Shown: positions 28,520-39,412 of the stretch, piece by piece
Layout: each line of letters begins with the position of its first letter
How positions within the stretch are numbered: the stretch's first letter is position 1
From: Raillietiella orientalis
Taxonomy: Eukaryota
Assembly (NCBI GenBank): GCA_036172245.1
Contig: JAYWIR010000001.1
Coordinates: 6,200,001-6,264,000, forward strand
Direction of reading: 5' to 3'
Length of the DNA: 64,000 bases
The notes under the pieces: generated by a model
Databases searched by the model: none
The model's input: only the letters and a program-made list of their open reading frames with translations
What the model was told of the DNA's origin: nothing
Translations under genes and position numbers: made by a program

Positions 28520-30215
28520 CCTTAATTTAACAAAGATGTGAGGAGACACAAAGGTGGATGCACTGTGCCGACGGTAGCCTCTCGGCGCGCCAACGGTCTG
28601 CCCCCGGATGGACACCAACGGAGGGTCGCAACGCACGCGCGACTCGCCCCGATGCGCCCTACGCGCGACGGAGCCGCCACCAACGACCGCAACGCCGATT
28701 CTTGCATTCGGCTGCTTCCCCGAAACGGCAAGGCAAGTCGACACTCGTCTTTGCGTTCCGCCCCGCACCGGGAGACTCCTTGTCCAGCCGCGACCGCCGA
28801 CGAACCCACGCCTACGGAACAGTTCCGACGCGCGGCGGACACCCTCCCCCTCCCCCCGATGCCCGCGAGCAAAGCGCGTCCCGCGGGCGCTCGCAGCGAA
28901 AGTGGCGAGAAACCCGGTGCTGGCGGACGCCCGCTCTGCCCGGAGGGGCCGCTGCTGCAGCCGCTACCGACAAGCGGTGCTCTTTCTCCTGCGCTCCCGA
29001 GGGACGCGGTCGGACGCGGGGTCACTCCCATCTCCGGAACCACCTCCGCCGCCGTCCCGCTCTTCGGAGGCGCCCCGTGACGCCCTCCAACCGCACGTGC
29101 GTGTGCCGCACGCAAGGAAAGAGACGCAACTCTTCCGGAAGTCGACCTGCAAACGACCGGGGTCGCACCACTCCTGGGCAGCGGGAGCGGCGTCAACCCG
29201 AACAACGAAAGAACCGGCGAAGAAACGGAGCAGCCAAAGAGGCGAATGGGCGAGCGGAAGGGCGCCTCCGAAAGCGGAGGGACTGCCGCCGCCCGGCAAC
29301 GCGTGACGAGGAGCAGCGCCAGGGGGGTCCGCAGACCTTTCCGCGACCCGCGACCGCCGCCCCGGCTTGCCGGAGAGCGACAGCACCGACGGCGACGCGT
29401 GCCGACGCGGGTGCGCGGATTCCTTCGCCGGGAATGCGCGCGGGGACGGCTCGCGGTCCAACGCTTTTTCCAAAATTCGAAAGTGCTTGCTTACTTATCT
29501 TTATCCCAAGTTCGCAGGCGCACGAACCCACTCTCGGATTCCTTCAGAACAACCAGGTGCGACACTCCCGCCTCGCGGCACTTGTTCTGGACGTCTTCCA
29601 GACTCTGAAACCGGCTCGAACGACGCGGCCAGCTCCACGTTCCTACCTGAACCGGGCTGTACAGCAGCTGCGAACGTATCCCGGAACTCCACAGGCTGCC
29701 GGCCAACTGCGCCTTTTCCCTGAGCAGCAGTCCCCGGCCGACGGAACAGACGACCGCTTCCAGCGGACAGATCTCGGGAATGGCCGGAACGGCGTCCTTA
29801 CGCCGCAGCACGTGCAGGATCTTGTCCGCGAAGACGCTGATGCCCACGGCCGACGGTACCGGGTCCGCCGGACCCATGAATTTCTGCCTGAAACCACACG
29901 GCTGGGAGGGACAACGCCACCGACAGCGCCCTACCGCCGCCAGCCGTCCGTCCCAGCAGCGGGACGGGCAAAGCAGCAGCAGGGTGCGTGAGCACGGATC
30001 GTCCGGGAGCGCCGGGCGGGATGGGATGCTGCGCGGCCGGGAGCTCGCGGGGACGGAGGGGGCGCCCGCCTACCTGAACTGGGCGATCAAGCAATCGTAA
30101 CGCCCTCCCGAGGCGAGGATGTTCAGGTGGTCCACTTTGTTCCTCTTCCCTTTCATCACGTACTCGAAGGTGATGCCTCGATACTTCTGAGGGTCCAGCA
30201 CGAGGATAGGCAAGA
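28520..30215 (-). pseudogene. EIF2AK4: GC-rich fragment encoding the GCN2 C-terminal HisRS-like/anticodon-binding region
   Basis: Exons ~30215-30074 (KYRGITFEYV...ILASGGRYDCLIAQFR), 29887-29647 (PSAVGISVFADKI...LAGSLWSSGIRSQLLY), 29604-29495 (SLEDVQNKCREAGVSHLVVLKE...VRLRTWDKD) and one starting 29146 (VDFRKSCVSFLA). These match GCN2 'ILAAGGRYD.LI.QFR / AIGVSIA.DKI / LW.AGI.A' motifs. Exons below ~29100 and the lower boundary are unresolved. Confidence 0.82.
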
Positions 30216-30759
30216 TGGTTGAGGATCGTTTGTGGCAAGTGGAAAGAAAAGCCGGATGGGAAATCGAAAAGTGTACAACACAGAGAAAACCCTTGCAAGG
30301 TCAGCAAAAAAAAAGAACCACTCCATGGTTGGAATGTCGTTGGAATTGGGAACCATTTCGAAAGTAGCTGGGTAGTCTCGGAATCGCTCAGTGTCGGTTT
30401 ATGGTTTCACCTTATCTTTTCACATCGTTTTCGACGATACGTTTGCTTGGTCACATAACACAGTAACAGTGTCCTTATTATGATTTTCATTTCATTTCTG
30501 GAACACAGTTCTTAGTTTCTACTTACGCTTGTTTGCTTTTCTGCCAAAGTTCGAGCGTATGATGGAGAATGCCCTTTACATGTTGAAAAATTTCCTTTAA
30601 ACTTCATTTTGGAAAGTTTTGTTTATTTCTAGTTTGTTCATTTCCTATTAGTAAGCAGCTTCCCGTTCATGAAAGCATCTTGTTCTTATTCCTCGGTTGC
30701 TTTTTGAGAGGAAGGAAAACACAAATGTAATCGAAATTGCATTTTTCGAGGATGTTTCA

Positions 30760-31330
30760 TAAGCAACTGTGGGAGCCAAAATTAGTTACCTTCGTTCGTT
30801 CCGTTTTTTTGTAAACACAATCCCTGAGAACCCAAGGAGCACTATTTCTTGGTGGTTGTACTTTCGTTCGGGATTTCACCTTCTGATTGCGCGGTTGTCT
30901 CATTCCACGAGTGCTTGCGACTTTCCAGCTGCCGTTCTTCCAGATGGATGGCAGCCGCCTCAAAATGGCTGACAGGAGAGCATTGTCATAGGATGTTCCC
31001 CTTGCAACAATGCTCTCCTTCCTCGGAGGATGCTTCCCACGGATGTGCCGAGAGCGGACTTTGGATCCCACTTTCAAAATACGCGCCCAAACGACCCGTG
31101 TTTCGAGCCCTTGCGATTCTTCCACTCACCGTGTTTCGCAGACAACCTGTCGACTTTTGACCGGATTTCGCTGGTCTTCTTCACCTGTGGGTGACCGGTT
31201 CAGATCTTACGAAGTCAACTTTGCTGCAGAGTAGAGTGAAGGCATTCTACCATTCAGATTTCAGTGTTGCCAATTTAAGCTGCTTATTCTGTTTGTTATC
31301 TAGGGGCGGCCTTTCTACCGGAGCCTGGAA
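30760..31330 (-). mobile_element. Decayed non-LTR reverse transcriptase fragment
   Basis: Minus-strand 'EW*NAFTLLCSK' followed by 'KNGSWKVASTRGMRQ' resemble RT motifs W..A...LIPK and NG......GVRQG; stops and frameshifts present. Confidence 0.4.
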
Positions 31331-31933
31331 TGCTAAGTCCAGCATCACGAAACGGGTTGAAAACCAGGAATACATGGAAATCGCGTGCCACGGCTGCGTT
31401 CTTTTGGATACGGATTCGGTTGGAAAACGCGGGCATTTGTTCTAGCGTGTGAATTTCATTCTTTCTGCGTATTGCTACATCCTTGCCCCGTGCTTTGAAA
31501 ATCGAAATACGAATACGAGTCGAAATTGGTCTCAGGAACAGCTGCTTAAGGTTCCATAGTTCGCCTTCCTAATTGCTCGCGTGGATGATGCAAACTATGT
31601 CTCCTCCTCCTCCTTTTTGATCAAGGCCGCACAAATAAAACTCATTGAAACATTTCCAACATGAAGCATCCACCACCACCTTGACTCTCAAACGAGACGA
31701 AGGCTGAATTCAGCTGACTCTAGAGAAATGTTGGAGGTTTGTTACAACCCAACAAGCAAACAGCTCTTCTTTTTTCTAATCAGCAGCCCAAAACTTGAAG
31801 TGATGCAATAACCGAACTTGGCTAGATTCGAATTTCTCATGAAATAGCATTCTCTTTGTAAGTGTTTTTTAATATTCTGAGATAATCGAACCGAACAGTC
31901 ATTCTTTATCTCACATATCTAAAAAGAAATGAC

Positions 31934-32320
31934 TTAAGGTAGCTATTATAAGGTTTTTATACTAGGTTAATGTCAATTTTTAGAGTATTACATAAATGAA
32001 ATGTAATTAATAATAATTTATATGAAATCATGTTTTAATTAGTAAAACGTCAGGTAAAATTGAGTTGTAAAGTAAGAATATTATGAGGAATTCGGCAAAA
32101 ATTTTTTAAATTGTTTCTCGCAAGAGCTGCGGTATATGGACTGTGCTAAGGTAGCGTAATAATTAGCTATTTAATTGGTAGCCTGATATAAAAACCTTAT
32201 AATAGCTACCTTAAAGCCCATAATTTACAACTATTATTACATTAAAAAATAACAAGCTTATCCCTAATTTATTGTTTATTAATAATTAGAAATATTAATT
32301 TGTCAGCATATCACCTCCAA
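31934..32320. rRNA. rrnL: Nuclear mitochondrial insertion (NUMT): rearranged fragments of mitochondrial large-subunit rRNA (rrnL)
   Basis: AT-rich island with conserved mitochondrial 16S motifs GAGGAATTCGGCAAAA, GCTGCGGTAT and ACTGTGCTAAGGTAGCGTAATAATTAGC on +, followed by a reversed piece containing TTAGGGATAAGCTT on -. Confidence 0.85.
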
Positions 32321-33518
32321 ATGGGGCGGTAACCCATTTGACTCATTTAAAGAAACTGGCGTAAAAATTCGAAACATTGTACTGATTGGAATGATAGATT
32401 TTGTCATCAGGATTTTGTTGGTATGCTTTCAATATAAAATAACCAAATCAAAAAATTCGTAACCTCACTTCAAAAAACTAGGTTTGTATCAACCCTAGAT
32501 CAAACCAGTTTCCACTCATTGTGATCCTTGACTTTCAACTCGTAAAAATCAGAACTTTGGAACATTTTTAAAACAGTAATTTTATTACTGTTTCGAAAAT
32601 AAACCCAGAATAACCACGTTTCGTGTGGAAATAAAAAAAATTGTGAGCATTATTTCCAGATTTAATAAACATCGACCGAGAAATGAAAAATTGAATTTAT
32701 CTTCGAGAAGAAAGCACTCCTTTGACATTCTCTTAACATGTAACCTTTTACTATGATTGATTTCTTGATTCTACACTACATCATTGCTGCCTTGCTTCTT
32801 GAAATTTCACAAATTAATTCATAAACAGATGAAGAACTTGTGTACTTATGGACCATTTCAAAAGTTTGAATCCTATGAAAGCCTTAATATGTAATCTCAG
32901 CCATGATTGATTGATTGTTCTCAGAGTATTCGAAACTTCGAGTTGCAATCGGCTGCAGGAAAACTCACAATCTGCAACTAAATAGAAGAACACATTGCAG
33001 CCATAGAAATCAAATGCCATACGCCTTGGGCATTTCCAATCTCCTTAAATAGTACTGTCAATTAATGGTTACAACTGAATGTCTCGCTTTACTCGTCCTT
33101 TAGGAATTCCAGAAATTTCCGTTCAAACAAGAAACATTCGTATTTGCATTGTGCCTCATCCCTCATGCTACTGAGTGGGTTTTGGAGGGCACTCCAGTCT
33201 GCTTTCTCAGTTACCCATTTCCCATTTCGGTATAATCATCTTGTGACTTGGATTTCTAAGCACGCGGAAATCGGAATGCTTGAGTAATGCACTCGACCGG
33301 AATTTCGCTAGGAAGACACTCCGATGATTCGTCAAATTAAGCTCATATCTTTCTTTCTTTCACCGAAGGGCGCTCGGCTCTTCGGAAACGGCTGCTGGAA
33401 GGTCGCCGTCGATCGATGGCACAACCGCGGTACGGTCGCCGAAGAGCGCGTTGGCGGCGGTCGGTGCATTACCCTCACCGTTAATTTATGCAGATGATCG
33501 GTAGTGATAAACATTAAG

Positions 33519-36500
33519 ATGGACGGAGACAAACTTTGGGAGGATCGTGAAATTCGATTTGACATCTCTCCAAAGTAAGTTGGATTCGTATGTTTTCTGC
33601 ACAATTAGGCCGTCTCAGCAAACCGAATCTCTGGCATCGAGTTCCACTGAGGAACGCAGCGTAAAGTACATTTATCAGCTTAATAGAGTAGTTTAAGCAC
33701 ATCACTCTGAATGTTTTGACTTGACAAAGCTCCTTGTTCTATTCATCTTTCATTTCTGAAAGGAGCAAGTGGTCAGATCTAGCAGTAACTTCCTTTATTA
33801 AATAAGCATGTTTATTCGTTCATTGCATATCATTTCATCAAAGAGAATTGAAATTGACAACTGGGGAAAAGCTCGTCTCGTTACTTCCTTTGATTGAAGA
33901 CTGCAAAGGAAACAGTGGTGATAAAGGCAAGCTTGTCGTTACAAACCTGAGAATAATTTGGCAATCTTCAAAATTCTTAAAGATCAATTTATGTGAGTAG
34001 ATTCCTTGACTTCACAGAAGTTAATGCATCAATAGCAATAGGTTACAAGTGCGTCACTCACTTGACAAAGAAGGTCCTTAAAAATGTAAGTCCCGTAGGC
34101 GTACTGAAATTGCAAGTGAACGATCTCACGATAAATAGACAAGAAGGACTTCCAACGCCTTAGTTGTGTTGTCAAAGCAAAACAACATACAGTATGAGTT
34201 CATCTTTCGTAAGATGACAGCTGGAAACTCTGACTGTTTCGAAGAAGTCAGCAAGTGTTACGGGTATGTACTTCCCCTGTTACTCATTCATAAGATCGTT
34301 GTTAGAGCATATATGCATTCAACAAAATATAGAGAGCTCAGACTCAGGACAAGCTGCATCGACAACCAGCAGCTCAACGTTTTGCCCAATGAGCAAATTG
34401 TTAATAACATCGATGGAGTTTGGAATCTTGCAAGCGACCAAGTATGCATATGGATCTTGGTGGTAGTTGTTCTGCCTAGATTAAAAGTTATTCATTGCAG
34501 GGTACTCTTGGATGCTTTATCCTTACTAATGTACGTTTAGTGTGGTACAGTGTTATGAACGAGTTGTTCAACATTTCTCTTCCTTTTCTTCAAATTGCAT
34601 CGGTAAGTTAAAATGGCTTTTACTACGTAGAATTTCATCACCCATGACATGAATCGAGAAAGCATTCTAGGGGAAAAGGAAATCTTGACAAGCGTCGATG
34701 TCGTAATGGGATCACTACTTTATTCGAATATCCATTGCAATGAAACGAAAGATTTCGTAGTTGCAAGCTTTTAGCTATTTTTACTGATGAGAGTCGATGA
34801 GGATTATAAGCAGGCTCCATATTTTAAAGAATGAATGCAGATGATCAAGTGAAGGAGGAAATCTCAACTGTGACACGTAAATTCAGTACATAATAGGGAA
34901 CAATATGATTCGGAGGACCTCAACGTTAGGAAGCACATCTCGAAGATGAGTGAAATTTAATTTGTTTTTTTTTTTTTTTCGAGAAACAATAATACATAAG
35001 GAGTGACCGCGACATTCGCTTGTGCTGATGCAATGAAGTTGCATGAGCACAAGTTGCATGAGATTTTCAAAAGATCGAAGTTTACTGGAAGTACTTTGCT
35101 TTTGAGTTTGAGAAATGGGTCGGCAAACACACCGAAACGGAGACGGTATTTTGACGCAGAGAATGTCTCTGAAGCATTTTCCTAAACTTGCACGTTGCAA
35201 TCGAGATTTTCAGCTTCACTTGATTAGCGCGTTTTTACTTTATTCATTCCTTTTCACCAGACCTACAATTTCTGATCCCGTATGCCTTCTTGCGTTATCT
35301 CTTTTGGTTTCTTTGTGCCAAATTTCATGAGCCAAACGTCGAAATTCCTGCCGCTTCAATGACGAAAGAGTTTCAGAAACTTCACTTTATGGATGTATTA
35401 GAGTTATTGATAATATGAATTATTTTTTTCAAGACTCTGCCAACTTTTGTAACCTTCTTGAGACAGTTGTGGAGCTCGTTGCTTTCTCGAACAACCAGAA
35501 CAAGAAGGGGCTTGGTTTCCCGCACACGGTCGAACCTTCATATACGTGAATCGAACTACGTTTTCTTACCGTCGAAAAAAAGGATTTTTTTTTTTTTTCT
35601 TAACTTTTCCAAAACTTAATTTCCGTGAGTTCACGGAACTCATTGTCCCTTCATGCTTTTTCGATGCTTTTGAAGTTCAGGATGTGAACTCAAGAACGAA
35701 CTCAAGTTTTAATGCAAGAGCATTAAAACTTCGAATCGCAATGTATAGACGTTGAATATTACTATACACTCCTACAAAACTCCGGATTCGGACTGTACAT
35801 AACACGCAGCATTTTGGTAATTGCATTCTGCTGGTGACGTCATCTCGTGGTCAGCGCCGACCGAAAGCGGTAGGCGCTGTGCCAAAGAACGGCTGAGTGG
35901 TACGTAAGGTGGGCCGTTGTGGTGTACAATCGACAAATACATGGAAACCTTGGACCTCGCTTAGTGCTTTCAAAGCCATCAACATATGGAAAACGCAAAT
36001 TTTCCACTTTGGCATCAGAAACATTTTTAGGTCCCTTGCAAATTAAAAATCGCCCTCGGTTTGCCTCGATTTTTCGGATAACCCTTCAACCGTCTCGTAC
36101 AGTTTCATTTTATGTACACGAAGGAGGCGATATTGCATGCAAGTGTGAAGTTGAGACTGATGCGTTATGACAAGATTTTTTCGACCCAACGTGAATGAAA
36201 CCGTTTCTAGGTTTTTTGTTTGGCTCATTTAAACAACTTTTTTTCTTTGAGACACCCTTTCTTTTTTAAAAAAGTAAAAATAAAATAAAGACCGCTAAAG
36301 TAAGAATCACATCCAATTTTTTTTCAAGAACCTTATTTCTGTTATTTTGTCTTCTTGCAAGAGTAAATATATTCTGCAACTTGTTTGCTCAAGTGTTTCA
36401 GCTCCTCATTTATTGAAGATTCTTATTTTGTTTTCAGATTCTGATTTTTGTTTGTTTGATTTTGATGCTTTATGAATTCAAACATAAGTCTGAGATGAAA

Positions 36501-38480
36501 ATGGAAAAATTTTCTGTTTTTCTCTTGAGTGTTCTGAGTTGTTCTGAAATTAAATTTGAAGGTTTCCAACAGGGCATCGTACACTTTGAAAAACTATGCA
36601 TTCCTTCATGGTGGACATGATGGTTCTTTTTGCCAAAATCAAACCTAGCTTTTGGGCTGAGTTAATTTCAAACGCATAGCAACTGACTTATCTTGCAAGC
36701 GTTCTCCCCATTAAACAAGACCCAAAATCTCCCCATAAAGAATAATATTTATATGGAAATTATTTTTATTAAAAATGCTAGTCCTTTTGTCTGAAGGTTC
36801 TTTGCACAGTGTTCATCCATTTCCTTGAACGAAATGCATCTTGATGTGCAGACAAATCATCTAAATATCACTGACTAAAATGAAAATGTCATGCAAAGTT
36901 ATCACATCTCATAATGTTAATATGATTTTTATTGCCGTGTAATTTCCTTTTTTAATGTGTTTCTAGATTATGGGTTGGTGCTCTTGTGCATTGTGTTCCA
37001 GTAGTACTCTTATTTTTGTATAGTTTCATTCCACACTAGATCGCAGATTTCGTGCCCATGTTTTTTTAGGAAGAATTTCATATATGGCCCTATCAAAAAG
37101 CATAGAAAGCATTATTAGAGAAATGCAAAATAACCCAGGGAGATATTTCAGAATTCCAGTATTATATGTGCACAGGTTGCAAATGAAAAAAAAACGGAAA
37201 GCATGAACTTCATCACAAAAGCGTAGTTGGTTTTGATTTTCATAGCATTCACAGATTTTTCTGATTTCAACCTTATTTGTTAACTTGAAAAGCCTGCCTT
37301 CCAGACAGACACATTCACAATCAAAAATTTTATATTAGTTGCCAGAACTTGTCCTTTCGATTCTAAACTCAAGATGAGGCTTTGCAATGTAGGAGTTTTT
37401 TCGTTTATGCTGCCTAACAGTCATATCTTTTTGCAAATTTTTTGTGAACTTATTATTGAATGGATTGTATTTCATAAGGGTACTGACGTATAAATAACTT
37501 AATTTCCGGTAATCAGTCTAGAGCATGATGGTATTTGTTCACTTAGTGTCTGTTGATACCCTCAGTATCTCTTGATTTCTATGGCTAATTCTTAATTGAC
37601 AGTTAAAATCTGAATTTGTTTGTGTGTTTAAAAACTTGCTTGAATGTGTTTATGATTGAAAAAAAAAAGACTTGGGGAATTTAATCTGGAGGGAACTAAT
37701 ATTTTACATAATCAATGCAGAACGGAAGAACTGGATGTATCACTTTCAGATAGGGTCTAGTAAAACTGCAACTACGATTTCTGAGCCATTTGTTACATAT
37801 TTGTGAATGCTGATCCATTTCTGTTGCCATGAAAAAACAAAAACAAAAGTAACACTTTACACTCCTAAGCATATGCATGAAACATTGAACTATGAAAGAG
37901 CACATGCATATTGTTTTGTGTGTCGAAGTTAAAGTATTTACATAATCTTGTGCATATTCACATGCCTGAATCTGGATATAGAGCTCCTTCACTCTTCTAA
38001 AATTTATGGTTCACTGAATTTAGATTGAAATAAAGAACTCGAAGTTTGGAAATATACTGGTAATTGAAACAACTCAAATAAGTGGAGGATACATAGTAGG
38101 ATTCAAAGTTGATGTTTTACACAAGTTTAAGGAAATCCACAGAGAACTTTGTTTGCTTAAGAATACCTATGCTCTGCATCCTATCTATGGGACAGAGATA
38201 AACATACAAACTCATCAGGTATGTCACATTTAAACTTCCAAAATCCTCTTCTTAGCTTTCTTAGAACCAAATAAAAAATGAAACAATTTTCAATTCTCTT
38301 GATACTCATTCTAATGATTCTGAATCTACGATGCTGGAGAATACACACAAAAAGTTCTCTTACTGTGATGATGGAATTATCGATAAACCTCTAACATTTT
38401 CTTCTGTATTTGGACTGGCTTTTGAAGGAACCATAGATGAATGCATTCTTCAAAAATTATGGAAAATAAAGGCATCCTAA
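33519..38480 (+). CDS. BBS5: Bardet-Biedl syndrome 5 protein (BBSome subunit)
   Basis: Eight in-frame exons: 33519-33574 (MDGDKLWEDREIRFDISP), 33844-33992 (IEDCKGNSGDKGKLVVTNLRIIW), 34036-34085, 34139-34263 (YEFIF), 34306-34441 (GVWNLASDQ), 34501-34602 (GTLGCFILTNVRLVW), 38024-38218 (SKFG..LVIETTQISGGYIVGFKVD), 38265-38480 (FGLAFE...LQKLWKIKAS*). Confidence 0.93.
35794..35928. other. Short GC-rich hairpin-forming element in BBS5 intron 6, bounded by TGTACA at both ends
   Basis: TGTACA at 35794 and 35923; internal stems CAGCA/TGCTG, CAGCGCC..ACC-GAAA-GCGGT..GGCGCTG and AACGGC/GCCGTT. Confidence 0.45.
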
Positions 38481-39352
38481 AGGATTTAATGGGGAGGGGG
38501 ATGGTAACCCAGGAAACAATTACTGTACTTAGTTTCCACTACATGATTCTTTCTTTAATGGATACTGAAGTTGGAGAAGTTTTAAGTGCTTCCAGAGTAA
38601 TCGATAAGTTTTACAGTAAATTTTTGAATGAAAAAAAAAGACATCCCAAAGATAACTCTATTTTTTTGGATGTGCTGCATGATGGGGAAATAATGGAAGT
38701 GGCAGGCATTGCTGCTGGCCATTTAATTATCAGGACCAAATCATCATTTCAACCAAAACTATCGAAAACATCATCCGTGCAAAAACAAGAAATTTGTAGA
38801 ATCTGTCTGCAGGAAGCTGAGGAAGCAAACCCATTACTACACCCTTGCAAATGCAAAGGATCCATTGGCTTTGTGCATGAAAACTGTATTAAGATTTGGG
38901 TGCTGGACTTCAACCACCAATACTGTGAGATGTGCTGTCATCGATACAGTCTAGATTATGCTGTGTGTTCCCACATTCGTGTACGACCGTATTGTCCAAG
39001 CCTAATCCAGCCACCTCACAAAACACATCCATCACCATCTATTCCCTGTTGGTTGTACAACTGTGTGAGAGTTCACGCAACCCTGTGTTTAAAATCCATT
39101 TCTCTAAAACTGAAAAGTGTCGATCAATGGATTGATCCCCTCTGGATTACCATCTTTGTGCTGTCCCAAATATGGCAGAACAAACATCACCTCACTATGG
39201 TATATTTAGCAATTTTGCTATTATTATGTCGTGCCCTAATGAATTCCATGATATTAGTTTTTCAATTTTTCAAAACCTTGACTATGATGTGCAATTGTTT
39301 TCTTCAATTTATGGGAAAAAGTTTACGATACATATCAGATGAAGTACAATGA
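38441..39352 (+). CDS. Intronless RING-CH (RINGv) MARCH-like membrane E3 ubiquitin ligase; true start uncertain
   Basis: 303-aa ORF with C4HC3 finger CRIC...LLHPCKCKGSIGFVHENCIKIW...CEMC, followed by two hydrophobic segments (WITIFVLSQIW; MVYLAILLLLCRALMNSMILVFQFF). Confidence 0.85.
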   Translation: MHSSKIMENKGILKDLMGRGMVTQETITVLSFHYMILSLMDTEVGEVLSASRVIDKFYSKFLNEKKRHPKDNSIFLDVLHDGEIMEVAGIAAGHLIIRTKSSFQPKLSKTSSVQKQEICRICLQEAEEANPLLHPCKCKGSIGFVHENCIKIWVLDFNHQYCEMCCHRYSLDYAVCSHIRVRPYCPSLIQPPHKTHPSPSIPCWLYNCVRVHATLCLKSISLKLKSVDQWIDPLWITIFVLSQIWQNKHHLTMVYLAILLLLCRALMNSMILVFQFFKTLTMMCNCFLQFMGKSLRYISDEVQ

Positions 39353-39412
39353 ATAAGAGTGCAGTTAGTGCAGCTACACTCCCAAGATGACCATTAGGTC
39401 ATATTTTGATAT

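Noticed and set aside
28558-29991. 477-aa + strand ORF and overlapping long ORFs
   Set aside because: Arg/Pro/Ala-rich shadow frames of GC-rich DNA; the recognisable coding signal is GCN2 on the - strand.
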